Source of the DNA: Octopus bimaculoides
Lineage: Eukaryota
Assembly (NCBI RefSeq): GCF_001194135.2
Contig: NC_068996.1
Coordinates: forward strand, 52,206,187 to 52,270,186
Length of the DNA stretch: 64,000 bases
Reading direction: 5' to 3'
The notes below the pieces were generated by a model. It ran no database searches, was not told the origin of the DNA, and saw only the letters and a list, made by a program, of their open reading frames with translations. Positions 12,198-24,030 of this stretch are shown piece by piece. Numbering within the stretch: position 1 is the first letter of the stretch; each line of letters opens with the position of its first letter. Made by a program: the position numbers and the translations under genes.

Positions 12198-13227
12198 TCA
12201 ATAAAAAATAATTTCTGGAATTTGTCCTCCTTGCACTCCTGTTCCATTAGTACTATCTGAGGAACACTGGAATTGGAAAGTCACTTTACCACATTGACAT
12301 TCAGCCATACCTTCTTGGCCAAAGTAACTTAGTTCTGCACCATCTAGAATGGCACTGGCTGTGTAAAATGTATCTGCTTCAACTGAAATTGGTTTTTCAA
12401 ACATTACTGAAAATGTTGAACTAGAACCATCAGAGAAAAAGCTAGTCTGATTTTGTCCCAAAATATTTCCATTTTTCTTCAATTCTATTTTGACTTGATA
12501 TTCAGCAGCACCATTACTAGACCCATAAAGACCAAAACCTACAATAAATATTCGTCTGTCAACAGAGAACTGAATGCTGTCGCATCGCCCACGATAACGC
12601 CACTGGTTACTTCGATACGCTGAGGATTGAAAGCGTCGGCATTTTTGTGGTTGAAGTCCAGTCCTTTGATTATGAATGAATGGAAGTATAGGTTTGGAGT
12701 GTGCAGTGAAATGAAGGAAGATATCCGTGGTTTCCTTTAATGTTATGATTCCAGATTGAGCTGGACCATTAGCAAAGTCTTCAAGTGACATTGCAGGTAA
12801 GCGAATGTGATACATAGCAGACTTCAAAACAGCTCGTTTGTTTTCGGGAGTGGCCTGTAAATCTTGTCGTAAACATTCAGCTTCTGCCCACTTACATGCA
12901 GCATTGAAAATTGACAACTCCTTAACATTTAACGTGTCCCTTGCCAAAACAGATTGCAGAGTTGAATGATCAATTTCACAGAAACTTTCAGACTTGAGTG
13001 CTTCTTCAGCTTGAGCATCAATAACTTCCCAACATCTTTGTGTTAATTCTTCCTCTTCAAAAAACAGACCATGACTTAATGAAACACAAGCGTTTCGTGC
13101 ACTCAGAGTTGTTCCCATATACTGTACACAGGCTTTCGTTAAATATGGCACTAGATACTTCTTTGCTGCATATAAAGTAGACCAGACATTGTCAGCATCC
13201 AGCTGGATTTCATCACAATAGATATAT
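12198..13227 (-). CDS. BTBD3: BTB/POZ domain protein, BTBD3/BTBD6 (lute) type, last coding exon (end of BTB, BACK, PHR)
   Basis: YIYCDEIQL..YAAKKY, BACK domain, PHR motif RFQSSAYRSNQWRYRGRCDSIQFSVDRRIF..GTGVQGGQIPEIIFY; acceptor ttttccag at 13228-13229. The symbol is a co-orthologue label (BTBD3/6). Confidence 0.95.
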
Positions 13228-13484
13228 CTGGAAAAGAAAAAAAAAATAACATGAATACTTGTCTGTAACATGCCATCCAAACATTATGTAAATTAATTAC
13301 AAGAATAATCAAGCTAAATGTTAATTGTTTATTCGGTGTTTGATTGACTTCCATATTATTAGAAATGTGACTGATAATTAATAAGAGTGAGATGGTAGAA
13401 TTGAAACCAAAGAAGATAAGCTGTATCACATGATGCTTGGTTTTACAAATGAGAAAACAGAGGTTTATAATCCTAAAGGCACAA

Positions 13485-13690
13485 ATTCTGAAATGATTTT
13501 AGGGGAAGGGGCAAGGCAATTACATTGACTTCCTGTGCTCTGTTGCCACTTATTTCATCAACTCTGAAAGGATGAAAGGCAAAGATGACCTCAGTGTAAT
13601 GTGAACTCCGAATGTAGAGACAGACAAAATGCTGCTAAATATTTTGTCCAGCATGCTAACAATTGTGCCAACTTGCTGCCTTCCAGAGGT
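13485..13690 (-). mobile_element. tRNA-SINE (ggtggtgagctggcagaa family), degenerate, intronic
   Basis: ctgaaaggatgaaaggcaaagatgacctc..gaactccgaatg..gctaacaattgtgccaacttgc; similar copies at 19740-19920 and 61375-61570. Confidence 0.65.
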
Positions 13691-13759
13691 CTATAAGGAA
13701 TGGTGATGCTTTGTGGTAGAATCACTCACCCCATACTACAATGGAATCTTTTATTTTTT

Positions 13760-13987
13760 ATTTGTTTCAGTCATTGGACTGCAGCCATACGAGGGGGAGG
13801 GGTATTGCTTTGAAGAATTTTAGTCAAATGAATCAATCTTTTTTGTTTTGTTTTTTTAAACTGGTATTTATTCTATCAGTTTCTTTTACCAAACTGCTAA
13901 GTTACAGGTACATGAACACACCAACACTGGTTGTCAAGTGGTGGTGATGGTGGACAAACAAAGACACACTTATATATAAATGATGAT

Positions 13988-14019
<32 letters not shown>

Positions 14020-14320
14020 CTTTATAGAGTAACAGTCTTTTGTTATATTTCTGCTGCTTTTAAATAAAGCATATTACTCTACCTCTGGTATTTGAGTACT
14101 CTTTTTTCCACCTTGTTGCACATTTTATGTGCTTACTCCGGTATATATATATATATATATATATGATGGGCTTCTTTCAATTTCTATCCACCAAATCCAC
14201 TCACTCTGGTTGGCCTGAGGCTGTAGTAGAAGACACTTCCTCAAAGTGCCATGCAGTGAGGCTGAACCCAGAAACATGTGGGTGGAAAGCAAGCTTCTAA
14301 CCACACAGTCACACCTGCAT
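13760..14320 (-). mobile_element. CORE-like tRNA-SINE interrupted by TA-rich sequence
   Basis: Both halves match the 27688-28064 family. Confidence 0.65.
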
Positions 14321-14744
14321 CGTTTTAACAAGATGTTTTAACGAGTTCTTTCATACTAAAATGTAAGTTTTTAGGATTTCTTTTTCTTCTCTTCTTACCA
14401 GATTTTTGTCATCTGGTTAACTACTATCACATGTCTTTTCTAATGTTTGAAGTGAAACAGCTTCAACCAGAAAGAAAATGAAGACCATGTTTTCATCTCA
14501 CAGGTAGGGAAGGAAGGTAGCTCTATTCTACCACACCTGTTACAAACAGGTAAATTATTACAGTATGATTAATCAGCTTATATTAACATACTTTAAAAAA
14601 AATCATGAATTAAATTACATTATATAAATTATTATCTGGCAGAAATTCATGAATTATTATTTATGCAACATAAATATTATGCAAATTATTTTTGCAACTA
14701 AATAATTAAATCAGATCAATTAAGCAATAAAATAATAAATTTAC

Positions 14745-15202
14745 CTGAGTAAGTTTAAGAAAGCATCAGGTTGAATATCAGTGACATGTATTTCATTGGA
14801 ATTAGTTTGATCTGCAAGTGCACCATAGAACATAGCAAAGAATACTGAACTAGCTGTTGCTAATACATATTTGTGAGCCCATACAGATGTGGTACCTACA
14901 ATAAAACGAACATCTGACATCAAAGGATTATTAAACATAACAGCATTGCGTGCTCTAATAGTTGTCATTGAAGCTTGCCAATTTACTTCTTGACTTGCTT
15001 TTGATGTAGGTAAAGTCTTTGGTGAAGGGGCTCTGTCTTTCCAATTAGTATCAGAGGTTGATTCTAAATGTATTTTGGGAGACTTTGGAATATATTTTTG
15101 ATGTACATAGTTCTGGGGAACCTCTTGGTTTATTTCTTCATTATCCTTAATTTGCTTTATGGATGTGCATTGCCTTCCTTCAGACATTGTTGCTTTATTC
15201 AT
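14745..15202 (-). CDS. BTBD3: BTBD3/BTBD6-type gene, first coding exon (N-terminus and BTB domain)
   Basis: NWQASMTTIRARNAVMFNNPLMSDVRFIVG..AHKYVLATASSVFFAMFYG; donor ctcag|gtaa at 14744; AG|A rebuilds Arg with the next exon; acceptor ttgcag at 15208-15209, 5 nt before the ATG. Confidence 0.93.
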
Positions 15203-15379
15203 GAATTCTGCAACAGAAAAAAAGTAAATGTATCAAGTTGGAAAAAATTATGGGAAATTAGAGGAAATACTGCTTTTAATGACGTAACATTAAAAAAGTT
15301 ATGAATTTTGAGAATCAATAGACTAAAGAAATATTTCAATTCTTTTTTAATTCAGCATTTACCCTAAACTTCTCAGCAT

Positions 15380-16030
15380 AACCATAGAATCATCAGTATC
15401 AATGGTAATATCAAGAATGATGTCAAATGTGGAATTAGCAATGCCCCAGCCATATTCCAGAGAATGTGTCATTTGGTCCTCCAATACTGTCAGCCTATGA
15501 ATAATGATCCAACACTGTAATAGCATACATCTACCAACACGTTTCTCCATGCTAGGAAGACATGGAGGAGCACCATGAAAATCAACAGAAAGCTAGACGT
15601 GTTCCACCAAAGATGCTGGAGAAGGATTCTAAGAACATTCTGGTAAAACCAAATAACCAATGAAGATATTCTTAAGAGAGCCAACAGCAGACCGCTTGGT
15701 GAAATCATAGCAGAACAAAGATTAAAAGGTCTCATACTCTGGCTACAANNNNNNNNNNAAGCTAGACGTGTTCCACCAAAGATGCTGGAGAAGGATTCTA
15801 AGAACATTCTGGTAAAACCAAATAACCAATGAAGATATTCTTAAGAGAGCCAACAGCAGACCGCTTGGTGAAATCATAGCAGAACAAAGATTAAAAGGTC
15901 TCATACTCTGGCTACAAGAACAATGTTATTCTAAAACAGGATTCAAATGGAGGGGAAAAGGAAGAGGGGAAGACTGGAAACTACATGGCATAGAATATTC
16001 ATAACTGACATGGGAGAAGCCAATATCATA
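15380..16030 (+). mobile_element. Degenerate LINE RT C-terminal fragment (RTE-like)
   Basis: KINRKLDVFHQRCWRRILRTFW*NQITNEDILKRANSRPLGEIIAEQRLK. Confidence 0.7.
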
Positions 16031-17042
16031 TGGCTAGAAACAGAGAAAAGCACAGTCAAGTGAAACTACTTGGTTGCCTAATGCGTACAAAAGCACAAAA
16101 GGAAGTTATACTGAGATAATAAAATTCTATATTAGCTGCCACGTATTAATATTATAGAGGAAGGAGATATAAACTTTATAAGCTGTAGTAAGGGCAACCC
16201 ATTTAGGAGGGGGGGCAGTAAGTTCAAAATAAGAACGGATACAGGCTTGATGGGATGCTACAATCCTTCTACAAATAAGTTTTTTAGGGTGAAGTGGTTA
16301 GTGTTAGAAAGAACATCCAGCATAAGAACCACACACACATATACACACACACACACACACATACATACATACACACATATGCACGACATTCTAGCTGCTC
16401 TGAGCCAAATGAAAAAAGGTTGTGACAGGAGGTGAAACTCATCAGAGACTTCAAATGATAATGATGATAAACCTGCATCATTTTCATTTATACTATTACA
16501 TATAGTGGCTAATATAAGCCAATATATTTTAGTTATTACACCCAGAACTATAACTATCATGGATTTTCATAACTAAATGAAACCTAACCCCTACAAATGT
16601 TAACCACACTTCAACTAACATTACCAATTTATTAACAAAACCTATCCAGCATGAATTGTATTCATTTCATTTAATATTTATAATACTAAAGTTGTAGTTG
16701 AATCCTCCATTAAGGCCATTCTATTATTACTGTAGAGTAGCGGAGAGACCTGCATCCCACCCTCAACGTTCACAGGTTTCCTTGTCATTAGCATGGAATA
16801 TTTTTTTCTCCTATTATAATTATTTCTGTAGTCTTAAGGATCTGGAACAAGAAGAAGTTTACAAGCGGAGTGCAATTCAACAGTCGTTTATTTTGAGTTC
16901 TCGTTCATGTGGTTCGCTCTCAGTGACTATCTTTATGGCAGCACAAGGTTCTATAGTTAAAAATTCTTGAAAGTTTTACAATTAGAAACATGATTCACCT
17001 AAAAGCTTGTGTGGGTGGGGGTTCCACATTTTTATTCTACAA

Positions 17043-17405
17043 AGCGAAATTGTGATGGCACCTGTGCCCAGCGTCGCCTTCCTGGCACGTGTAAAGACAT
17101 TTGAGCGAGATCGTTGCCAGTGCCGCTGGACTGGCTCCTGTGCAGGTGGCACGTAAAATACACCATTTTGAGTGTGGCCATTGCCAGTACCTCCTGACTG
17201 GCTTTTGTGTCGGTGGCACATAAAAGCACCCACTACACTCTCGGAGTGGTTGGCATTAGGAAGGGCATCCAGCTGTAGAAACTCTGCCAAATCAGATTGG
17301 AGCCTGGTGTAGCCATCTGGTTCATCAGTCCTTAGTCAAATCGTCCAACCCATGCTAGCATGGGAAAGCGGACGTTAAATGATGATGATGATGATGATGA
17401 ATGAT
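17043..17405 (+). mobile_element. RTE LINE 3' UTR with (GAT)n tail
   Basis: Closely matches 44040-44410. Confidence 0.85.
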
Positions 17406-18496
17406 ACTTGTTAAAGTAGAGTAAGGTTTGTATCTCTGGATGAGAGATAGACTTTTCATAGACTTTTCTCTCTCTTTCTCTCTCAGATAAGACACCTATC
17501 CTCATCCATGAGGACGAAAAGCCTGCATGGTAACTCAAACTGTCAGGAATAACAACCGAATCACCTTCAAACAACACCTAAAATCTAAAGAAAGAAAGAA
17601 CAGTGGATAATATAATCCATTGATTGAAAAAAAGCTGAGATGGTCATGGATGTATGGGAGAGTTACCTTAGAGCTAAACCACTGAACATATATTTTCAGT
17701 AAACACAGGTAAGTGGTATGCATTCATGAAATAAAGCTGGCTAGCTGTGTGTGGGGGAGGGTGCAGAGGGGGAGAAAGAGGGAGAGAAAGAGAGAGAGAG
17801 AGGGAAAGAGAAAGAGAGAGAGGGAAAGAGGGACAAAAAGAGAGAGAGAGATCCATTGAATGCATAACATTCAATGGATGTCACAAGTTATTTTTGATGA
17901 TCTCAGCTTACTGAAGAAGTTAGGGAAAGCAATAAGATAAAATTAAAATAATTGGTTAATGAGTTTTCTATTCCACAGTATAAAACCAGGGACAGAGTAC
18001 AGAACAAGGAAACATAGCATCAGTCATTTATACACACATACAGGGTCATCGTTGCAGTTTTATAAATAGTCTGGCAACAAGCCACAACATACATAGACCA
18101 AAATTAGGGCCCTAGACCCAGTTAGACCCACACGCTTTAAGGCAGCCCTGAAATCCAATGAAGCAAACTCAGAGTTTTCCTATCAAGTAAAGTACTATTT
18201 ATTTGTTTATCTTAACAAATTCTATCATTCAATGTGGTTGGTCAGATCTGAATTATATCAGAGAGCTAATAAGAGACCTGCCCAGATTCCAAACCCCTAT
18301 CCCCTTAAATTTCACACACACAGAGACACATACATTACATACACACACACACACCAGCCATGTGCTGAATAAATAAGCTAAGTTGGCAACAATAATAATG
18401 ATCATGATCATCATCATCATCATTCAACGTCCACTTTCCATGCTGGCATGGGTTGGACGATTTGACTGGGGACTGGCAAGCCAGGAGGCTGCACCA

Positions 18497-18766
18497 GTAG
18501 TCAAAACAACCAAAACCACATTTAAGAGCAATTTCGAAGGGAATGAAAAATAAAATCTTTTACCTTGTTATCTTTTTACAGTCATACCTAAATTATGTTA
18601 ATGTTATGGCATGGTCACTGATGAGAATTTCGCCTAACAGATCATTTTATTTGCTAAATAAAATTCAAAACCTAGGTATGACTGTAAAAAAATAACAAGG
18701 TAAAAGTTTTTATTTCTCATTCCCTTTGGAATTGCTCTTAAATGTGGTTTTAGTCATTTTGACTGC
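18497..18766. mobile_element. MITE-like element with ~90-bp terminal inverted repeats
   Basis: agtcaaaac..accacatttaagagcaatt..ttttaccttgttat..tacagtcatacct versus aggtatgactgta..ataacaaggtaaaa..aattgctcttaaatgtggt..ttttgact; ~80-bp spacer. Confidence 0.75.
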
Positions 18767-19249
18767 TTCTTCTAGCATGTAAAGCTGACTGTTAAAGGCA
18801 GTTTTCTCTTGTGTTTAAATGTATACTATTTTATATTGAGAATATGTTGTCTATTGACTTTTTATACATGCTAGGCCACTGGTAGTGAAATTTCTAAAAA
18901 AACTCGCTACCCTAATTTATGTATATGTATATATATATATATATATATAATATATATATATATATATACTAATGTGTGTATGTATATATATTGTAATCTT
19001 CCAATACTGAAACACATGTAGTTCCTTCATATTTAATTAATTTAGTGTTAACTAAAGTAGGAGATAATTAATGAAGTATAGTATATACCCAGGTGGTATA
19101 ATGGTTATATCCTTTATGTATTATTTCGCAATGTGCAAATGGATACCATGAGTTTACTTTCAAATATACTCATTAGTTTTTGTATTATCTGAAATAGAAT
19201 ACCCGCATATCTATTAATCCCATAAACTGAATTACACACACACACACAC

Positions 19250-19348
<99 letters not shown>

Positions 19349-20206
19349 TATGTAAGTTGAAAGGTATATAAAAATTGCAACTAACATTGAAATACTAAAC
19401 ATTTACTGAATAAATACATTGAATTTTATTAATTAAATTAGTTTTTTTGGAATGAATTAGAAGTGTGTGTTTCTTTTTTAGTTTATGACTAGTATATATT
19501 TAGTTTCTGTCTGAATAAACACAGAGCACTTTCCTCAAATACATCATTGCTTTTAAATGGTTTATATGAATTCCTGATAATCATTTCAGTTTTAATTCCT
19601 AATGTTACATCAAACCAATTGTAAAAACTTGATAAAATATTTATATAAGCATTTTATAAGAATTTGAATTGAATTTTTAATTGTTTTTCATACTCATTCT
19701 AATCTTATGTAGTGATTTCCAATACAAGCTGAAGGCTTCAAATTATGGAGGAAGGATATAGTTGGTTACACAGATCCCTAAATTATTACTGGCACTTTAT
19801 TTTATTGACCCCAGAAGGATTAAAAGCAAAGTTGTTCCTAATGGAATTTTAACTCAGATTCTTAATGAGTTATAACTAAATAACAGAAGGCATTTTGTTT
19901 GGTGCTCTACCAGTTCTGATAAGACAACAATACTTGTTGAGTTTGGAAGAATGGAGTCTAACAGAGTCAGTAGTTTGTATTCTGTTCTCTGAGAAGCTTT
20001 GGATGGGCAAAACACTTTTCTTTCATTAGCTACTCAATTTATTTAACTGTAAAAAAATACTATGGAGGAAGGTATTGCTCGTTGCTTGGTGGGTGAATTA
20101 TGTAACTGATATAAAGCTTGCAGTACTGAGTTCAAATCCAATTATCCCAGTAACAAAGTAATAACTGAAGTAGTAATTATTATAGTTCATAATGACAAGA
20201 ATAAGT

Positions 20207-22235
20207 TAACTCATTAGCATTTAAATCAGCCCAAAATTTCCATATGCTTTATGTTCTAACAGGGTAGATCTGGTTTCTCACACCTATTCTACAACCTAAA
20301 CAATCATATCATCGAAATCTGAAAGCTATGAGATAATACACAATTAATTCCACACAATGTGAATAAATAAACATTACATTTGACAGAATGCTTTAATAGA
20401 AAAAAAAAACATGAGATTTTCTTTGGTTACAAAAGGTATTTTCCATGTTAGCCATTAAGGAATTCTTCCTGAACTAATTTAATCACTTGACCTAATAGAA
20501 ATAGCAGTCAAATTTTCCTCAAACTACACTTGTACCACTTAAAAAAAAGGAGGCACTAGATAATGTAGTCTGGAGTACACTATGATTAAGAAAAGATGAG
20601 AAGATTGTGGCTGGAATATTTGATTATCTGACATGGAGCTATATAACAATTTACTTTCTCAGAAGTACTAGTAAAAGCATGTTAGAAGTTGTGATATTTC
20701 TAATTTTAAAAACATTTTCAGTTGATTTCTAACTAAATCTTTTAGCATTTAAATTACTCAGTCAAATGTAATGATTATTGATCCACGTTATTTTCAATTC
20801 CTCATGAGGTGATTGTTTATTTTTAGAATGACATTGTAGGATAGGTGTGAGGGGCTGGATCTGGTCAGTTTGAACATAAAACAGACAGATTATTTGGGCT
20901 GGATATTGCTGGTTTATATGCTAAAGAGCAACAAGATAAATACCAGAATAAGCAAATATCAACAAACACATTTACACTAGTTTAAAAGAATATGATAAAT
21001 AGCTCAAAAAATTTTGTCAAAAGCATCAAAAATATTTTAACACTGTTGCTAGGGTAGTGAATGACAGAATCAATAAAGCCCTGGACAAAATAATTCTGTG
21101 ATATTTATGTATGTCCTGTATATTCCAACTTGGGTAGACTTTACCTTTCTCCCCCCCCCNNNNNNNNNNNNNNNNNNNNNNNNNNNNNNNNNNNNNNNNN
21201 NNNNNNNNNNNNNNNNNNNNNNNNNNNNNNNNNNNNNNNNNNNNNNNNNNNNNNNNNNNNNNNNNNNNNNNNNNNNNNNNNNNNNNNNNNNNNNNNNNNN
21301 NNNNNNNCCCATTATCAGTGAAATAGTGATGGCAATACATTCTGACATTTCCCTCAAAATTCTAATATTCAATTTATCCCTTTAATGTTTAAAGTGACCA
21401 AATCTAGTCCAAATATTCTACTTCTTTTATGTTCAGATTGGCCAGATCCAACCTCTCACACCTACCCTATAATGTCATTCTATAAATAAACAATCACATC
21501 ACTGAAATCTCAAAGCTATGAGATAATTCAGGATTTGTTCAAATCATCGCCTTCCTGGCACGTGTAAAGAAATTTAAGCGAGATCGTTGCCAGTGCCGCC
21601 AGACTGGCTCCTGTGCACGTGGCACGTAAAATGCACCACTTTGAGTGTGGCCGTTGCCAGTACCTCCTGACAGGCCTTCGTGCCGGTGGCACATAAAAGC
21701 AGCCACTACACTCTTGGAGTGGTTGGCGTTAGGAAGGGCATCCAGCTGTAGAAACTCTGCCAAATCAGATTGGAGCCTGGTGCAGCCACCTGGTCCACCA
21801 GTCCTCAGTCAAATCGTCCAACCCATGCCAGCATAGAAAGCGGATGTTAAATGATGATGATGATGAATATGACTAAACAAGCATTACATTTGACTGAGTA
21901 GCCTGAATGATAAAGGGTTAAACTGGCCATAACTGGCCCAAATATTCTACCTGTTTTATGTTCAAACCAGCCAGATCCAACCTCTCTCACCTACCCTACA
22001 ATGTCATTCTAAAAATAAATAATTACATCATCAAAATCTTGAACCTGCGAGATAATGCAAGATTAATTCCAAATAAATAAGCATTGCATTTGACAAAGAA
22101 ACCTGAATGCTAAAGAGTTAAACTGGCCACATCCAGCCCAAATATTCTTCCTGTTTTATACTGAAACTAGCCAGATTCAACTTCTCACACTTACCCTGCT
22201 ATGTTATTCTAAAAATAAACAATCATATCATTGAA
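20207..22235. mobile_element. Cluster of piggyBac-type MITE copies in both orientations, including a head-to-tail array at 21866-22235
   Basis: Repeated cccaaatattct..ccagatccaacctctcacacctaccctacaatgtcattctaaaaataaac..gcattacatttgac..gaatgctaaagggttaa. Confidence 0.7.
21544..21866 (+). mobile_element. RTE LINE 3' UTR inserted into a MITE
   Basis: Same 3' UTR and (GAT)n tail as 17043-17405; MITE sequence resumes on both sides. Confidence 0.8.
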
Positions 22236-22247
22236 ATCTCAAAGCTA

Positions 22248-22436
22248 GTAGGGGTGGATGCTCAGAGAGCATTACCACTAGAATAAGAATAGCCTGGGCA
22301 AAGTTCAGAAAGCTTCTACCTCTACTGGTGAGAAAGGGCCTCTTGCTCAGAGTGAAAGCTAGATTGTACGATGCATGTGTATGAACTGCCATGCTACATG
22401 GCAGTGAAACATGGGCTGTGACTGCTGAGGACATTT
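22248..22436 (+). mobile_element. RTE RT fragment
   Basis: RGGCSESITTRIRIAWAKFRKLLPLL..LYDACV*TAMLHGSETWAVTAED. Confidence 0.8.
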
Positions 22437-22439
22437 AAA

Positions 22440-22880
22440 AACATCTCCATGTATCCCCTTCCCCCTCACAATTTCCATCACGGGTAACATTTAAGCAGAA
22501 GTTAAACAAACCACAACACAAAAGACTGTCTAAAAGCCATCAACTGCTCAATGACCCACAAATATGAACAGTTCTTAACTAGAATCCTTGTAGTTGTTCC
22601 AAATGTTAGGGGTTCCTTTCACTAAGTATCTCTCTGGTTGAAACTGCATCTTTGACACAGTTAGGATTGCATGCCAATGACTGGTCCTTCACTTCAAGGC
22701 CAGAAAATACTTCATCTGCCAGCAATCACAGGCACTCTACAAAGCTCAGATGAGGCCCTCAATGGAATATTGCCTCCTCATCTAGAACAGTGCTTGTGTC
22801 TTTCCAGCTGGTGTTTATTTGCAACAGTTTAATGACATCATTCTCACTGGTCTTGGAGAGGCTGTGACAGCCATGGATAA
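22440..22880 (+). mobile_element. CR1/Jockey-like LINE RT C-terminal relic
   Basis: FKARKYFICQQSQALYKAQMRPSMEYC resembles the LYKAQ.RP.MEYCSH.W motif. Confidence 0.55.
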
Positions 22881-22895
22881 TGCCCCTTCTCCAGC

Positions 22896-22927
<32 letters not shown>

Positions 22928-23854
22928 CTAAGATAATAAAATTATACACAACCTGTCAGAACTAAGAGATATACCTTAGAATGAAAGATATGTTTGAATG
23001 AAAACCTACTTGCACACCTCAATGCCAAAATTCAAAGATTGCACAAGTGCTACCTGTATTTAGCTATCAGCATTAGGAACAAATTTCCAGAAGCTGTAAG
23101 TGGTATTATCACCGATGGTGAAATGCAGACTTTACGGAATTTAGATGCCCAAACGCCTCACTTTTTGAAAATAGAGAGAAGTAGTGGTTGGATCGTCTGC
23201 ATGTTAAGCTAGGTATCCAATAAGACCATTGTTTACGAATACGTCTAAGTGACATTTGTCCCATTTTCTCTAACAAAACTCAACTGTCAGAATTGTTAGC
23301 GCATCAAATAAAACATTTGCATTCGTACTTTGGGGTTGAAATACCTTCGAAGTCAACTTTGCATTTCAACTTTCTGGATTTCATAAAATAAAGTACTTTA
23401 ACTACAGCACTTATGGGGAGGGGGTGTCGAATTCTATAATACAACCTGCATGTGAATGGAATTATAATAAAAGACCAAAATATTATGCACAGTTGTACAG
23501 TGAGACAGATAAACTACTACTATTTTTTTTTCTTGGTTTTTGTATCTGGGACTTTGACTCGCGGTCGTAATGGTCTAATTAAGTTCAAATTTATGGATCA
23601 GCTGTTAATAAACATATTTGTTAATCAAAGCAGCTAATCTTACTCAATTGTTGTCAACTGATCGACGTCTCCACGGTTTGTAATGAATGTTTCACGTTTG
23701 AAATGTCTTCACGTTAGAAGCAGATCAAGATAAAAACATTATTAATGTGATAAATGATTCATCGAATTTTAAAAGACAATTGGTGGAAGTAAATATAACT
23801 CAAGGATAATAATATATGTAATAATATGAAGTGAAGAATGATTTTCATTCTTAC

Positions 23855-24030
23855 CTCAGGATAGAAGTAGAGAGTTGATATCTACAAATCGTTCAAACCT
23901 TACAATATAAACGACCCTCCTAATTATTATCTACCCGAGACGTAGAAAGAGATAACAATGATAATATTCAAAGGTTAATTTAGTTCAATATCGTACAAAC
24001 AATAGGCTTTCTGGTTGGCTCGTCAGTATT
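23855..24030 (-). promoter_or_regulatory. Candidate non-coding first exon and promoter of the BTBD gene
   Basis: Consensus donor ctgag|gtaag at 23854, no ATG on - strand, CpG-retaining unique sequence, cgtca half-CRE near 24021. Confidence 0.35.

Noticed and set aside
13228-13280. MDGMLQTS..FFFFSR start of the 360-aa ORF
   Set aside because: Intronic read-through of the polypyrimidine tract; the true exon begins at 13227
15590-15917. Exact ~160-bp direct duplication
   Set aside because: The copies flank a 10-N gap, typical of an unmerged contig overlap
18617-18640. CTGATGA matches here and at 252, 38126 and 46936 as hammerheads
   Set aside because: No following stem II plus GAAA; the 252 match is coding sequence
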